64,000 bases of DNA from Tubulanus polymorphus (lineage: Eukaryota > Animalia > Nemertea): contig NC_134035.1 of assembly GCF_964204645.1 (NCBI RefSeq), positions 4,526,001 to 4,590,000 on the forward strand, given 5' to 3'. Shown here one piece after another: positions 30,001 to 42,600 of this stretch (the first letter of the stretch is position 1; each line of letters starts with the position of its first letter). Below the pieces are notes generated by a model. The model was not told the DNA's origin and made no database searches. It worked only from the letters and a program-made list of their open reading frames with translations. The position numbers and the translations under genes were made by a program.

Positions 30001-33000
30001 AATACAGCACCTTCAGGACAATATTATGCCTCAAAATTCTAGATCTTTAGACCAATCTATTAAAAACCAGTTCAGTACACCCTACACCCATATTAGACAA
30101 TTGAATACAGTATCTTCAAGAGGATATGAAGCCCCAAAATTCTAGATCTTTCGATCAATCTATTGAAACCCATTTCAATACACCCTACCCATATATGACA
30201 ATTGAATACAGCATCTTCACGACGATATGAAACCCCAAAATTCTAGATCTTTCGGCCAATCTATTGAAAACCAGTTCAAAACACCCTAACCATATATAAC
30301 AATTGAATAAAGCATCTTCAGGACGATATGAAGCCCCACAATTCAAGATCATTTGACCAATCTATTGAAATTTAGTTCAGCATATCCTACCCATGGATGA
30401 CAATTAAATACAGCATCGTCAGGACGATATGAAGCCCCAAAATTCTAGATCTTTCGCTATTATATTGAAAACCAGTTCAATACACCCTAACCATATATGA
30501 CAATTGAACACAGCATCTTAAGGACGATTTGATGCCCAAAAATTCTAGATGTTTCGCTCAATCTATTAAAAATCAGTTCAGTACACCTTACCCATATATG
30601 ACAATATAAATACAGCATCTTCAGGACGATATGAAGCCCCAAAATTCTGAATCTTTCAGCCAATCTATCGAAAATTAGTTCAGTCCACCCTACCCATAAA
30701 GGACAGTTGAATACAGCATCTACAGGAGGATTGATGCGCCAAAATTCTAGATCCTTCAACCAATCTATTAAAAATCAGTTCACCCTACACCCATATTAGA
30801 CAATTGAATACAGTATCTTCAAGAGGATATGTAGCCCCAAAATTCTAGATCTTTCGACCAATCTATTGAAACCCATTTCAATACACCCTACCCATATATG
30901 ACAATTGAATACAGCATCTTCAGGACGACATGAAGCCCCAAAATTCTGAATCTTTCGGCCAATCTATTGAAAATTAGTTCACTACAAACTACCCATAAAG
31001 GACAATTGAACACAGCATCTTCAGGACGATTTGATGCCCCAAAACTCTTGATCTTTCGACCAATCTATTAAAAATCAGTTCACCCGATACCCATATTAGA
31101 TATAATTGGATACAGCATCTTCAGGGCTATATGATGCCCCAAAATTCTAGATCTTTCGACCAATCTATTCAAAATGAGTTCAGTACACCCTACCCATATA
31201 TGACAATTGAATACAGCTTCTTCAGGATGATATGATGCCCCAAAATTCTAGATCATTCGACCAATCTATTGAAAATCAGTTCATTACACTCTACCCATAT
31301 TAGATAATAGAAAAAAGCATCTTCATGAAGATGTGATGCCCCAAAGTTTTAGATCTTTCGAAAAATCTATTGAAAATCTATTCAATACACCTTCCCATAT
31401 AAGACAATTGAACACAGCATCTTCAGGACAATATGGGGCCCTAAATTTCTGAATGTTTCAACCAAATTATTGAAAATCTATTCAATACACCTTCCCATAT
31501 AAGACAATTGAACACAGCATCTTCAGGACAATATGGGGCCCTAAATTTCTGAATCTTTCGGCCAATCTATTGAAATTAAGTTCAGTATATCCTACCCATA
31601 TATGACAATTAAATACAGGATCTTCAGGACGATATGAAGCCCCAAAATTCTGGATCTTTCTACCAATCTATTGAAAATTAGTTCAGTACACCCTGCCCAT
31701 ATATGACAATTGAATTCAGCATCTTTAGGACGATATGAAGCCTCACAATTCTGGATCTTTCAATGCATCTAATGGAAATCAGTTCAGTAACCACCTACCT
31801 GAACTATTGCAATTGAAAACGATATCTTCTAGACTTCTAGACATCTTCTATGTAGCAACAAAATTCTGGATCATCCAACCGTTCCCTTGATAATCAGTTT
31901 AGTACAATCCATAGCATCTATAAAGATTAAATACATCATTTTCAGGACCATATGTAGCGAGAAAATCCAGATCTTTCAACCCATCAATTGAAGATTAGTT
32001 CAATAAACCCTACTCATATATGACAATTGAATAAAACATATTTAGGCGGTATATGAAGCCCCAAAATTCTGGATCTATTGACCAATCTATTGAAGATGAT
32101 TTCATTACAACCTACCAATATATGTCAATTCGATACAGCATCTTCAGCATGATATGAAACCCCAAAATTCCGGATCTTTCGGCCAATCTATTGAAATTCA
32201 GTTCAATACACCCTACCCATATGACAATTCAATACAGCATCTCCAGGACGATATGAAGCCCCAAAATTCTGGATCTTTCAACCAATCTATTGAAAACTCA
32301 GTTCAGAACACCCTACCCATATATGACCATTAAATAAAGCATTTTCAGGACGATATAAAGCCCAGAAATTCTGGATGTTTTGACAAATCTATTGGTTATA
32401 GTTCAGTATATTATAGTTCAGTACACCCTACCCATATATGACAATTGAATACAGCATCTTCAGCACGAAAGGAAGTCCCAAAATTCTAGATCTTTCGATT
32501 AATCTATTTAAAATGAGTTCAGTACGCCCTACCCATGTATGACAACTCAATACAGCATCTTAAGGATGATATGAAGCCCCAAAATTCTGGATCTTTTGAA
32601 CAATCAATTGAAAATCAGTTCAGTACACCCTACCCATATATGAAAATTCAATACAGTATCTTATGGATGATATGAAGCCCCAAAATTCTAGATCTTTCGA
32701 CCAATCTTTTGAAAATCAGTTCAGAACACCCTACCCATATATGACAATTGAATACAGCATCTTCAGGATGATGAGGCACAAAAATTCTGGATCTTTTGAC
32801 AAATCTATTGAAAAACAGTTCAGTACACCCTGCCCATATGACAATTGAATTCAGCATCTTTAGGACGATATGAAGCCTCACAATTCTGGATCTTTCAACG
32901 CATCTATTGGAAATCAGTTCAGTAACCACCTACCTGAACTATTGCAATTTAAAACAACATCTTCTAGACTTCTAGACATCTTCTATGTAGCAACAAAATT

Positions 33001-33508
33001 CTGGATCATCCAACCGTTCTCTTGATAATCAGTTTAGTACAATCCATAGCATCTATAAAGATAAAGTACATCATTTTCAGGACCATATGTAGCAAGAAAA
33101 TCAAGATCTTTCAACCCATCAATTGATTGAATACAACATATTTAGGTGGTATATGAAGCCCCAAAATTCTGGATCTTTCGGCCAATTTATTGAAAATCAG
33201 TTAAGAACACCCTACCAATTCTATTGAAAATTAGTTCAGTACACCCTACCCATATATGACCATTGAATACAGCACGAAAGGAAGTCCCAAAATTCTAGAT
33301 CTTTCGATTAATCTTTTTAAAATGAGTTCAGTACGCCCTACCCATGTATGACAACTCAATACAGCATCTTCAGGATGATATGAGGCACAAAAATTCTGGA
33401 TCTTTCGACAAATCTTTTGAAAATCAGTTCAGTACACCCTACCCATATATGACAATTCAATACAGCATCTTAAGGGCGATATGAAGCCCCAAAATCCTGG
33501 ATCTCTTT
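1..33508. repeat. 101-bp tandem satellite DNA array (~330 monomers, continues off the left edge)
   Basis: Motif CAGCATC recurs at 71, 172, 273, 375, 476... (101-bp period). Consensus by eye: CAGCATCTTCAGGACGATATGAAGCCCCAAAATTCTAGATCTTTCGACCAATCTATTGAAAATCAGTTCAGTACACCCTACCCATATATGACAATTGAATA. Last recognisable monomer ends ~33508. Confidence 0.98.
18031..18484 (-). repeat. Inverted block of ~4.5 satellite monomers inside the array
   Basis: Sequence reads as reverse complement of the monomer (GAAAGATCTAGAATTTTGGG, CCTGAAGATGCTGTATTCAAT) between ~18031 and ~18484; forward orientation on both sides. Confidence 0.95.
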
Positions 33509-33709
33509 TAATACACAATACTAATTATCAATAAAAGGGAAATGGATAAAAAAGATTACTGTACAGCGCGTGGGGTGTTTTCATTTGAAAAAGAAAGAGC
33601 CAACCGTAAGCAATCTGATGCGGGTACCGGACTTTTTCCTTTAATTACGGCTTTCGGGAGAGACGCGGGCGGCTTTGCGATTTGATGAGAAACAAGGTGT
33701 GATTTGATG

Positions 33710-34166
33710 GGGAGCATCCAGAAATTACGTACCTCAAAATCTCCCGTTTTTCTGACCCCCCTCCCCCTTGTACCAAATTCACTGATCCCCCTCATAGGTA
33801 CATACCATCCATGACCACCACCCCCCACCCCCAATTATATTGATGCAAAGAACACAAATCAAAACAAAATATAAAAGATATAAATACCTGATTCCAACAA
33901 GTGCGTGTAAGATCGATACGGGTACCTGGTATGGGGAATTCCCAGTTGAAGTCTACTACAAGTCACTTGAACACGTCACTAGAAGCCGATAAAACACCGG
34001 TATCGGCTATTTTCATTTGAGTTTGGTGCATAAAGTACGTACCAAGATTGATTAATATCCTACGTACGTACCTTTTTGCTGACCCCCTCCCCCCATGTAC
34101 CACTTTGTACCAAAATTAAGTAACCCCCCTTCCCCAATTAGAGGTACGTAATTTTTGGACGCTCCC
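33710..34166. mobile_element. Non-autonomous TIR element (MITE), PIF/Harbinger-like
   Basis: 26-bp TIRs: GGGAGCATCCAGAAATTACGTACCTC (33710) and GAGGTACGTAATTTTTGGACGCTCCC (ends 34166), 24/26 match. 3-bp TSD ATG on both sides; subterminal CTGACCCCCTCCCC..TGTACCA repeats; no ORF. Superfamily inferred only from GGG ends plus 3-bp TSD. Confidence 0.85.
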
Positions 34167-34434
34167 ATGAGAAACTAGATGTGTGCTTTTGCACTGTTGT
34201 AAAAAAGCAAATGCCCATTGATTCAAAGTAGGAGCATTTGAGTTTGCTGTAACGAGGGTCCATCGATTCAGAAAAGCATAAACCTGACCTAAGTTTCTTG
34301 CACACTAATCACGTACAAATTCTACCTACCAATTCATGAATGGAGCTTCGTGGATCATTTTGATAATTTTTCTTTTCCTTGGAAGATGCGACGTCCAAGA
34401 TACAGTACGCAGATACGAGTCTTCTATCGGGCCA

Positions 34435-34670
34435 CGTTGGTTTAATCATCACGTATCGACAGCAATCAGGTCCTGAGTGAGGAGGCTCTGAGTTCCACAG
34501 TGAATTTATCAGTATTGACAGCAATCAGAACCTGGGAAGTGAGGAGGGCCTGAAGTTCACTGTGAACTGTTGGTTTCAGCACGTATTGACAGCAATCAGG
34601 TCCTGGAAAGTGAGGAGGGCCTGAAGTCCACTGTGTACTGTTGGTTTCAGCTTGTATTGACAGCAATCCG
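34435..34670. repeat. Minisatellite, 60-71-bp unit, ~3.5 copies
   Basis: GACAGCAATC recurs at ~34458, 34518, 34588, 34659, with GTGAGGAGG(G)C.TGA in each full unit. Confidence 0.85.
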
Positions 34671-36216
34671 GTCGTGACGACGAAGGGCCTTTCTACAAAA
34701 GCGGCAACGATTAAGATGAGAACTATTCACGTGTCTGTGCCGCTTTCTTACTGACGGTCTATCAATACGCATAGCACTGTCCGTTTGATTGCGATACATT
34801 CACGGACCTAACTCACTGTATATTAGAAACACATAACTGCTACCAGTGTAAAACTTATACTTTTAGGCAAATTCAGTACCAGATGTGAAGTACCAACTGC
34901 GCACCCCTTGACGGAGAAACCCATCCTCATTGGAGCTGCACCGTCGATGTCATACAATTACACTTCGGATACCCCAGGGCCATACTCTCATCTGGAAAAT
35001 TTGCGTTTCGAAATGTGCTTTCTTCCTATCTAGTCAACACGCGGGATCATCAACTTAGAGGACTTCTACATCAACATCTACCCGAGAAAAAAAAAACCAC
35101 AATAAACTATCGGACTATTTACACGTAGAAAACGACCAAAAAAATATAGAAATGGACAAAATGATCTTGATATTTAGCTATTTCCAGAATCTCATTGTAT
35201 TAAATTAGGCAGCCAGAAAAATTCATCCCAATCAGTCGCTTGCCAGTTCAGACTGAATGGAAGATTGTTTGGATGAACCGGAACCGAATTTCCAATTATG
35301 TACTTCGATTTTAAAATATTCTGTTAACTCGACCGCCGATCACACATCTATATATCTGTACTTCGATTTCCGATTTCAAAATCAAACCCCCTGTTTCGCT
35401 CCCGGCAGGTGTGGTGGGTCTGTAAGGGACACTCAATCGAAAAATCAAACAAAATTTACCAGCCAAATAAATAAATAATGGGGACAATCCCTATTTTAAG
35501 ATCAAAAAAGATGAGAACTTTTGATTTGACTCGATACATGTATCTTGTATTCTGTTATATCCAGTATCAAACAACGATAAATCTACTCACCACCAATTTG
35601 GAGCATCATGAACTATTTCGAACGGTATTGGGTCAACAGTGTTGGCGGCTAAAGGTTATGACGATGAGAAAATGAGTAATGAGTGATCTGAAAGAAAATA
35701 TACGGGATACTAGCTCCAATAGTAGATAGTACCAACCATTGTGACCAACTCCAGCATTGTTCAGTTTACATTTTAAATATATGAAGTTGATTGTATTCTA
35801 CAAGTCCCCATCAAAATGATATCTTTAAATAGGAATTTTAACTCAAATCCTTTTCAATTATCAGTAAATTCACATACGAATCTGCAAACAAAGCACGTTT
35901 GCAAAAGATTCTAATAATTCCGCTTTAATCTAGAATAATCCAGGACTCCAGGCGATCACAGATCACTGGTCCAAGCCATGAAGAAATGGAAAGTATCCAA
36001 GCTACAAACTAACTAAGACCGGGCCGAAGGTGATTGTGGATGGAGATGGTGGAGATAATGTCATCCAGTCGATCGGTCATCCAGTCGGCCAGTCGTCCAG
36101 TCATTCAATCATCTGTAACCCAGTCATCTACAATATCACCTTACCTGTGATAAGTCTTCGAATCACGTCACGATTGAGAACTGAATCACTACTAACCACA
36201 GGAACCACAAAAACAC

Positions 36217-36219
<3 letters not shown>

Positions 36220-36311
<92 letters not shown>
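36220..36311. repeat. (TA)n microsatellite, ~45 units
   Basis: Perfect TA run; explains the YIYIYI ORF at 36030-36398. Confidence 0.99.
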
Positions 36312-36314
<3 letters not shown>

Positions 36315-36734
36315 AGGATACTGGGGTCAAAAATTTTTTTGTCAGGTCCCTGTGCTACTAACGTTTGGAATAACGTTTGGCCCTGGTATGCAACTTAACT
36401 AATAAAAGCGTCGCCGGAGACTCCCGTGATGTAGTTTTCAGTTTAGATTATCGGTAAATACCCCTAAAGAATTTGGACGGGAAACATCTTTTAGCCTAAA
36501 GCAGGGTATTTCTGACTGATTCCAGAAAGCACGTAAAGCGCTAAATTCAAAAAAAACAGGATATACGTATCCACGTAAATATCTAGAAACGTTGCTAGTT
36601 CTACGAAATAGTGAAATAATGTGTATAGTTTTGAAAAAGACGCTCACGGCTTAACAAAGTTTGTTTCCACATCAGGATAGAATTTTTTGATCGAAATCGT
36701 ATGAAAAAAATCGTTTTAAACCATATGAATGTAT

Positions 36735-37745
36735 TAAACTGGTCTTGTACACGTGTATTTCATCTAATTTGCCCCTCTGAGACATTTAAAATCGTTAATA
36801 CAAAAATCATTATACACGTATCAACACTTTAAATATATATCATACACACTTGCAACAAATCGATGGCGCTTTTCGCGGGTTTTGACCGATAATAACGAGT
36901 TTGTTATTCGCAGAGAAAATTTAAGATATCACGATGATGGCCTAAAACAGACGATTTCTGACAGAATTCAATTCTCCAGACTCAGATTCAGTCAGAAAAC
37001 ACATTGTGCCAATATAGTAAAAGAAAATCGCCGAAATAGAAATATATCAAGGTGGTCTCGTAAATGTGTATTATGCCTAGATCGTCGGGGAATGCATTCC
37101 CCTTGGAGGACACCTGGAACTGCTTATATAAAAATTGCTATATTATAAAACTAAAAATATGAAAACAATATATAGATTGAAACGATTCGATGGTGCTTCA
37201 TCCGGATTTGACGAGTTATTTACGCCCAGAAAAATTGAAATCGATTTCTGAAGATATTATCAAGTTGGTGAACAATTACATTTGCAGATCACAAGGTAAC
37301 AACTATAACAGAAAGTATCGACTGAGGAACAGTTTTGGTATTTTGGTGTGTTTTTTTCTTTATCGGCGATAGAAAAAAAATTCTCAAAGGACTGGTGGTT
37401 GTACACTCGAGGAGACAATGCTTAGTTCCTTTCAGTCAAAGTCTAAACAGTCAATCAAAGGTTTTCATCCCTTTGGGACATGAAGCATAATCTTCCTAAT
37501 AACTCACAAGTATCACGATGAAGATAATATAAGATAATATCGCATGTCCGAAAGGGTTAACTTCTATAACTTGTATAACTTCCGCCTTTATATTTTATAT
37601 TTTGCAATACTACTGTGCTCTGTGCAAACTTGTAAAATTGTGTGGAGCAATAAGATAAACTTCAACTTAAACTCCAGACTGCCGACTGTCTGCAAACTGA
37701 ACAGAAATTAAAATCATATGATGATATGAAATAAAATCATTACGC
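36735..37745 (+). repeat. Orphan degenerate copy of the astacin-gene upstream region
   Basis: Colinear motifs shared with 38870-39430 and 45565-46090: GGACACCTGGAA, TATATAAAAATT, GATGGTGCTTC, ACGAGTTATTTA, GGTGAACA, GACTGGTGGTTG; CAAACTGAACAGA..GAAATAAAATCATT shared with the gene-A copy. Not followed by any coding exon. Confidence 0.8.
37469..37556. mobile_element. Possible tiny piggyBac-like MITE
   Basis: Inverted repeat CCCTTTGGGACATG / CATGTCCGAAAGGG (13/14) followed by TTAA on the right; left target site degenerate (TCAT). Lies in a ~200-bp insertion absent from the paralogous upstream copies. Confidence 0.4.
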
Positions 37746-38359
37746 TGTTCATAAAGTTGGTAGCGGGTATCATTTAAGCTGTCATCTCTCCCTGGTGAGA
37801 AGAACCACACGTGCCGTAGAACCCGCGTGAAATCCACTAGGGTACAAACGACACGAGAAAGACGAGGAAAATCCCAAAACCCGAGCTAAAAAATGTAAGA
37901 GAACCGAGGTAAAAACCTGAAGAAACGTAAAATGGCAAGGAATTAGCAGGATAACCAAATTTTCGAGTGAGTCATATCACATGCAATGGATCAGATAACA
38001 GTGATGTAAGCTTACTATAATACAAGCGAAGCAGCTCAAGAGATCTTAATAATGTATGAATTCATCAACAGTGTATTCGCCCACTAATAATAATACATAC
38101 TAGAAGCATACCCATTTCCCAAAGTCGAAAGCAAAATTCTTAACTCAAAGAATACCCAGACTCTAAAGCAAGATTAGCCCAAGGAAAACTGTTTTGGCGA
38201 AAATCTACATAGCCAATGCGCTTTGGGCCTCACTAGCCGGGGCGAGCCATTAACCCTTTAGCCATTACTTGGCACAAAATCTCCGCTGTCCAATATCACT
38301 AGTTGGCACAAATCTCCACTGTCCAACCACAGTTGGCACAAGGGGGAGCTCATTATGGA

Positions 38360-38565
38360 CCATCGCACTAAACGTGTTTATTCACTATATCAATGAAAAG
38401 GAGATCGATGAATTTTACATCGTATTATCGGAAGTTTCGTATTAATGTAATCGGGCTACTATTTTCATAGGAAAATGCTATATGAAAATCCGGGAATTCT
38501 TAAATTCATCGTATTACTGAGGTTTTCGTTGTAAAGCCGATTCGCACTAACGAGGTTTGACTGTA
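38360..38565 (-). mobile_element. Truncated Tigger/pogo-like MITE end
   Basis: Ends in AACGAGGTTTGACTG-TA (reverse complement TA-CAGTCAAACCTCGTT), a pogo/Tigger-type terminus; similar TACAGTAAAACCTCGTTA at ~42491 and ~49039. The other end was not found. Confidence 0.45.
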
Positions 38566-39674
38566 ACAGATTTTATCGTACAGCAGGTTTTGATACGACG
38601 ACCGAAAATGATGACGATGAGAAAAAAATTTATTGAAGCTGCTGAAAATATCTTGTCGAAATCATGGTCCGTTTGATATATCGAGAAATGTCATTATTTT
38701 CATCAATGATTAGCTATCCTTAAAAATTCATGGTTACAATCCCTGATATATTTTTAAATTTGTGATTAACTGCATTTCAATATCAGGGGATATTTCAGGC
38801 AGAAAATCAGTTTTATTTTATTTATAATCGTTTCTGATGAATATCGCCTAAAATTATAATGTACGAACCTGGCCCTGTACACTTGTATTTCCTCTTGGAC
38901 ACCTGGAATTGCCTACACAAAAAATTATTATATTAAAACTTCAGATATATATCATTCACACTTGAAATCGATGGTACTTCCTCTGACTTCGGTCGATGAT
39001 AACGAGTTATTTATTCGCAGAATATTGAATTCGATTTTCACAAAGATATCATCTACGTCAAGTAGGTGAACACGTATATTTCCAGACCACAGGGCAACAA
39101 CCATAACGGAAAGCATCGAAAGGTATGTTTTTCTTCTCTTTCCGACGATTGAATTGCAAAAAAGCTACACAAACGACTGGTGGTTGCACATCCGTGAAAC
39201 CAGGCTGGAGATTTCATATTTGATAATTGACACATTCTTAGAATTTTAGTTAGAAGATTTAGCCTCGGTTTTTAGGAATTAGGTTTAGATTGCGAACCCG
39301 GCTAATCTAGTTGCAGTCAAAATCTGAACAGTAAATCAAAAGGGTTTTATCCAGACTCCTTTTACAGTTTTAACGGACAAACTGAACAGACAAACAATCA
39401 TATGGACGATTATTTGAAATAAAATCATTTTAGTAGATCTATAATTCAGATTTTCATATTCTCATCTATCGTTTACATGCGTGCGTGTAGGTTTTATCTA
39501 TTTTTGATTGATGATAAGTTATCAACTGACAAACCTACAGCCAGATAGCTCTGCAAACTTACAGTCAGATAAAAATGGTTTATCATTTTCCCAATGTCAT
39601 TCTTTCTTCATTTCATATTATGCCGATTGTAGCTAGATCGACTTTTACACGGTTGAAAGTTAAGCGGTTAAAGG

Positions 39675-42600
39675 ATGTTGCGGCTCTTGCTAATGATCAC
39701 TTTGGGTGATGCCGTTGCTGTTTTGGCATCGCAACCAGGTAGATTGAAATATCAACTAGAAATCAGAAACTAACTAGATATTTATCACAATGAAATACAG
39801 AAATTTAATCGATTACTTATTTCAAATTTGTCATCGGATTTCATTCCTCAAGATTTCTAATAATTTAAAAGTTTATCACTGCTTGAGAATAATGTTTGAA
39901 TTTTCAATTATCAGATTTATTCGATTTGAGTTTTTGATTTATTTTTTATAGCGTTCATCTTAATTCGCGATGCAATGTTCTACCTCGTGTTTTGCTTCTT
40001 AATCTATGAAATATTTGATAAGATAAACTTAGATAAAAGAAATACCGATATTTCATCAATTCTTCATTTTTTCAAGATTTTTTGGGAGACAATATCGAGG
40101 TCGTGGATGGTGACGTTCTGCGTTATCGGAACAAACCGGGGGCGGATGGTCCGGACAAACGGTCTGCTATTCTAGCACGCCGTAGCCTGTGGCGTAATCG
40201 GACCGTACCCTACACTTTCAATGGTATCGGCGAAGGTAAGAAGTGTACTCGTTTTCAAAAAAGCTAAAAGATATTGTCGTTGACCAGCATCTCTATTTCC
40301 AAACGCCCTGAGTTGTCATATATTAATACGTGACTATGATGTTTTATGATGTGGGCCCGGTTTTTTCCTTTATTTAATTTTCTCTCTATTATGGACGGCT
40401 GATTTATTTTACGCGCTGTAAACTGTTGATTCAAGCAGTTCTTCATCTAACATTTTATATTTCGTTTTTAATGTATATCCTGGCTAATATGACAATGAAT
40501 ACGATAAGATAGGTATGCTGGCTTTATCCGCTTTTCGATTACTTTTCTAGAATAACCTTCGCTCTCGTGTCGTTTCAGTTATGAAAGGTCTCATTTTGAA
40601 ATCGTTTGAACATTACCACAACAAGACATGCATCAGCTTCCGCGAAAAAACTGCCGATGACGTCGACTATTTACAATTCGAAGGGGGATATTCTCCTTCG
40701 TAAGAGAATTTCGTCATATAAACTGTAGGATGTTTAGTATGTTTGCGCCATCAAGACAAAATATCGACAGATTCGTTCAAAAGTTGAATTTCATTTTCTT
40801 CTCAATAGCGAAATGTAATGCTTTTCAACCAGTATTGAACTTTTCGGGTCCAAAAATATGCATTACTTTCGATTTCTTCAGCCTAAAACGCTGGGGTTTA
40901 ATGAAATGAATAGTCCATCCAATATGACAAGAGAATTATGTTATTCTTACAGGGTTTGTTTTTTTTATTGTTTCATTTCTTAGATTTTGCGCCTCATTTA
41001 CGGGAAGACAGGGTGGAAAACAACCGGTCTATATCGGATCTTGGTGCCCGCTGGGTTCGATTATACACGAAATCATGCATGCTTTGGGTAAGTTACACTA
41101 TGCGAGTAAGTGACTTCGTATTTATCGTAAGCGATCTTGTCATCTCGTTTATTGCATTATCATAGCTAAATTATTGTATAGATTGATGAAAGACTTCTCA
41201 GAGCCGTCCACTCGGCCAGTCTCGAATCCGATGCGGTTTCCATGGTCCAAACAGATTCGCAATTTCTACGAACGTCTATTGTTTTATTATGATTGTTCAT
41301 TTCTGAATTATAATGCTCGTTATAAATATCTTTTTAGGATTCAACCACGAACACACCCGGCCCGATAGAAACGACTACATATCCATTTTGTGGGAGAATA
41401 TAATGCCCAGTAAGACACTATAAATGCATATAGCGTCTGGGATTTATTAGGTTAAAAGCCTACTGATGGTCGGGGTGATTTCAAATTGTGTTTTAACTTA
41501 TATATTCGTAGATGCGAGAACGAATTTCATGAAAAATGTCGGCGCCGATATGCTCGGCGTTAACTACGACTATGACAGTATCATGCACTATCCAAAAGAC
41601 GGATTCACTGTCAACGGCAGAAATACGATCGAAGTCCTCGTTGATCCGAACACAGAGATCGGGCAACGGATAAAATTCAGCGCGCTCGATATTGTTCGCA
41701 TAGATAGGCTCTACGATTGCCCAACCAGTAAGTATACTTCTGGACACCAGAACCGTTTCCACAATGCCGAGTTAAGTTAGTAGAAATTAACTCATTTGGA
41801 GTTCGATCATTACTCACACTCACATGTTTTGGAATCGTTTCCACGGTAAACAAATTGAACGATTATTCAAAACAGTTGGACTCGGACAAAAAGGTCTTAA
41901 ACATAGCTGTCGAACAGGGCCGTGAATATTCATTTTCAATGAATTCAGCTTAAGAGTTCATTAAGACAGAATCATTCATTTAAAAGATGAAGCAAGAATT
42001 GAATTCATAGCTGTCGAACAGCGCCGTGAATATTCATTTTCAATGAATTCAGCTTAAGAGTCCATTAAGACGGAATCATTCATTTAAAAAAATGAAGCAA
42101 GAATTGAATTCATAGCTGTCGAACAGGGCGGTGAATATTCATTTTCAATGAATTCAGCTTAAGAGTCCATTAAGACGGAATCATTTTAAAAAAAATGAAG
42201 CAAGAATTGAATTCATTTTCGAAAATATCTAGGTTTAGACAAAGGAGTAACGCAGTGGTCAAACTGGGCGTCGTACGACTGCGCCTTCAACTGCGCAAAG
42301 AAATCCCGTCAGAGATACTGTTTCACGAGCTCGAACTGCCCGATAAACTACCACACCGGAGTTGAAACTCAGTACCAAGACTGCACTGAAGCCGAGTGTA
42401 ACGGTAAAAATGAAAACGATTTTGCAAGAATTAAATAATTGATACTGAAAACAGGTTTTAATTAGTTACAATATTCGCGTCAGAACTAACTACAGTAAAA
42501 CCTCGTTATGTAAGTCATGCTCTTTTCAAGCTTTCTTCACGTTTTTTTTTCCTACGATATTCGTCCCATTTTAACGCAGTTCCCATAAATGGTCACTGGG

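Noticed and set aside
227-32929. About 30 short ORFs (60-93 aa) with recurring peptides inside the satellite
   Set aside because: They are translations of a 101-bp (non-multiple-of-3) repeat on both strands, with no domain motifs or splice structure.
1-33508. CRISPR-like appearance of regularly spaced conserved words
   Set aside because: The intervening sequences are homologous to each other rather than unique spacers; no cas genes; intron-containing eukaryotic context.
34860-36020. Possible decayed LINE 3' fragments (YQLR.. and ..MKKWK-stop type peptides)
   Set aside because: Only vague resemblance, with stops and no RT or endonuclease motif; needs a tBLASTx/RepeatMasker search.
36030-36398. 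122-aa ORF
   Set aside because: Open only because it runs through the (TA)n microsatellite.
38205-38270. Minus-strand A-box-like TGGCTAAAGGG suggesting a tRNA or SINE head
   Set aside because: No B-box or cloverleaf found.
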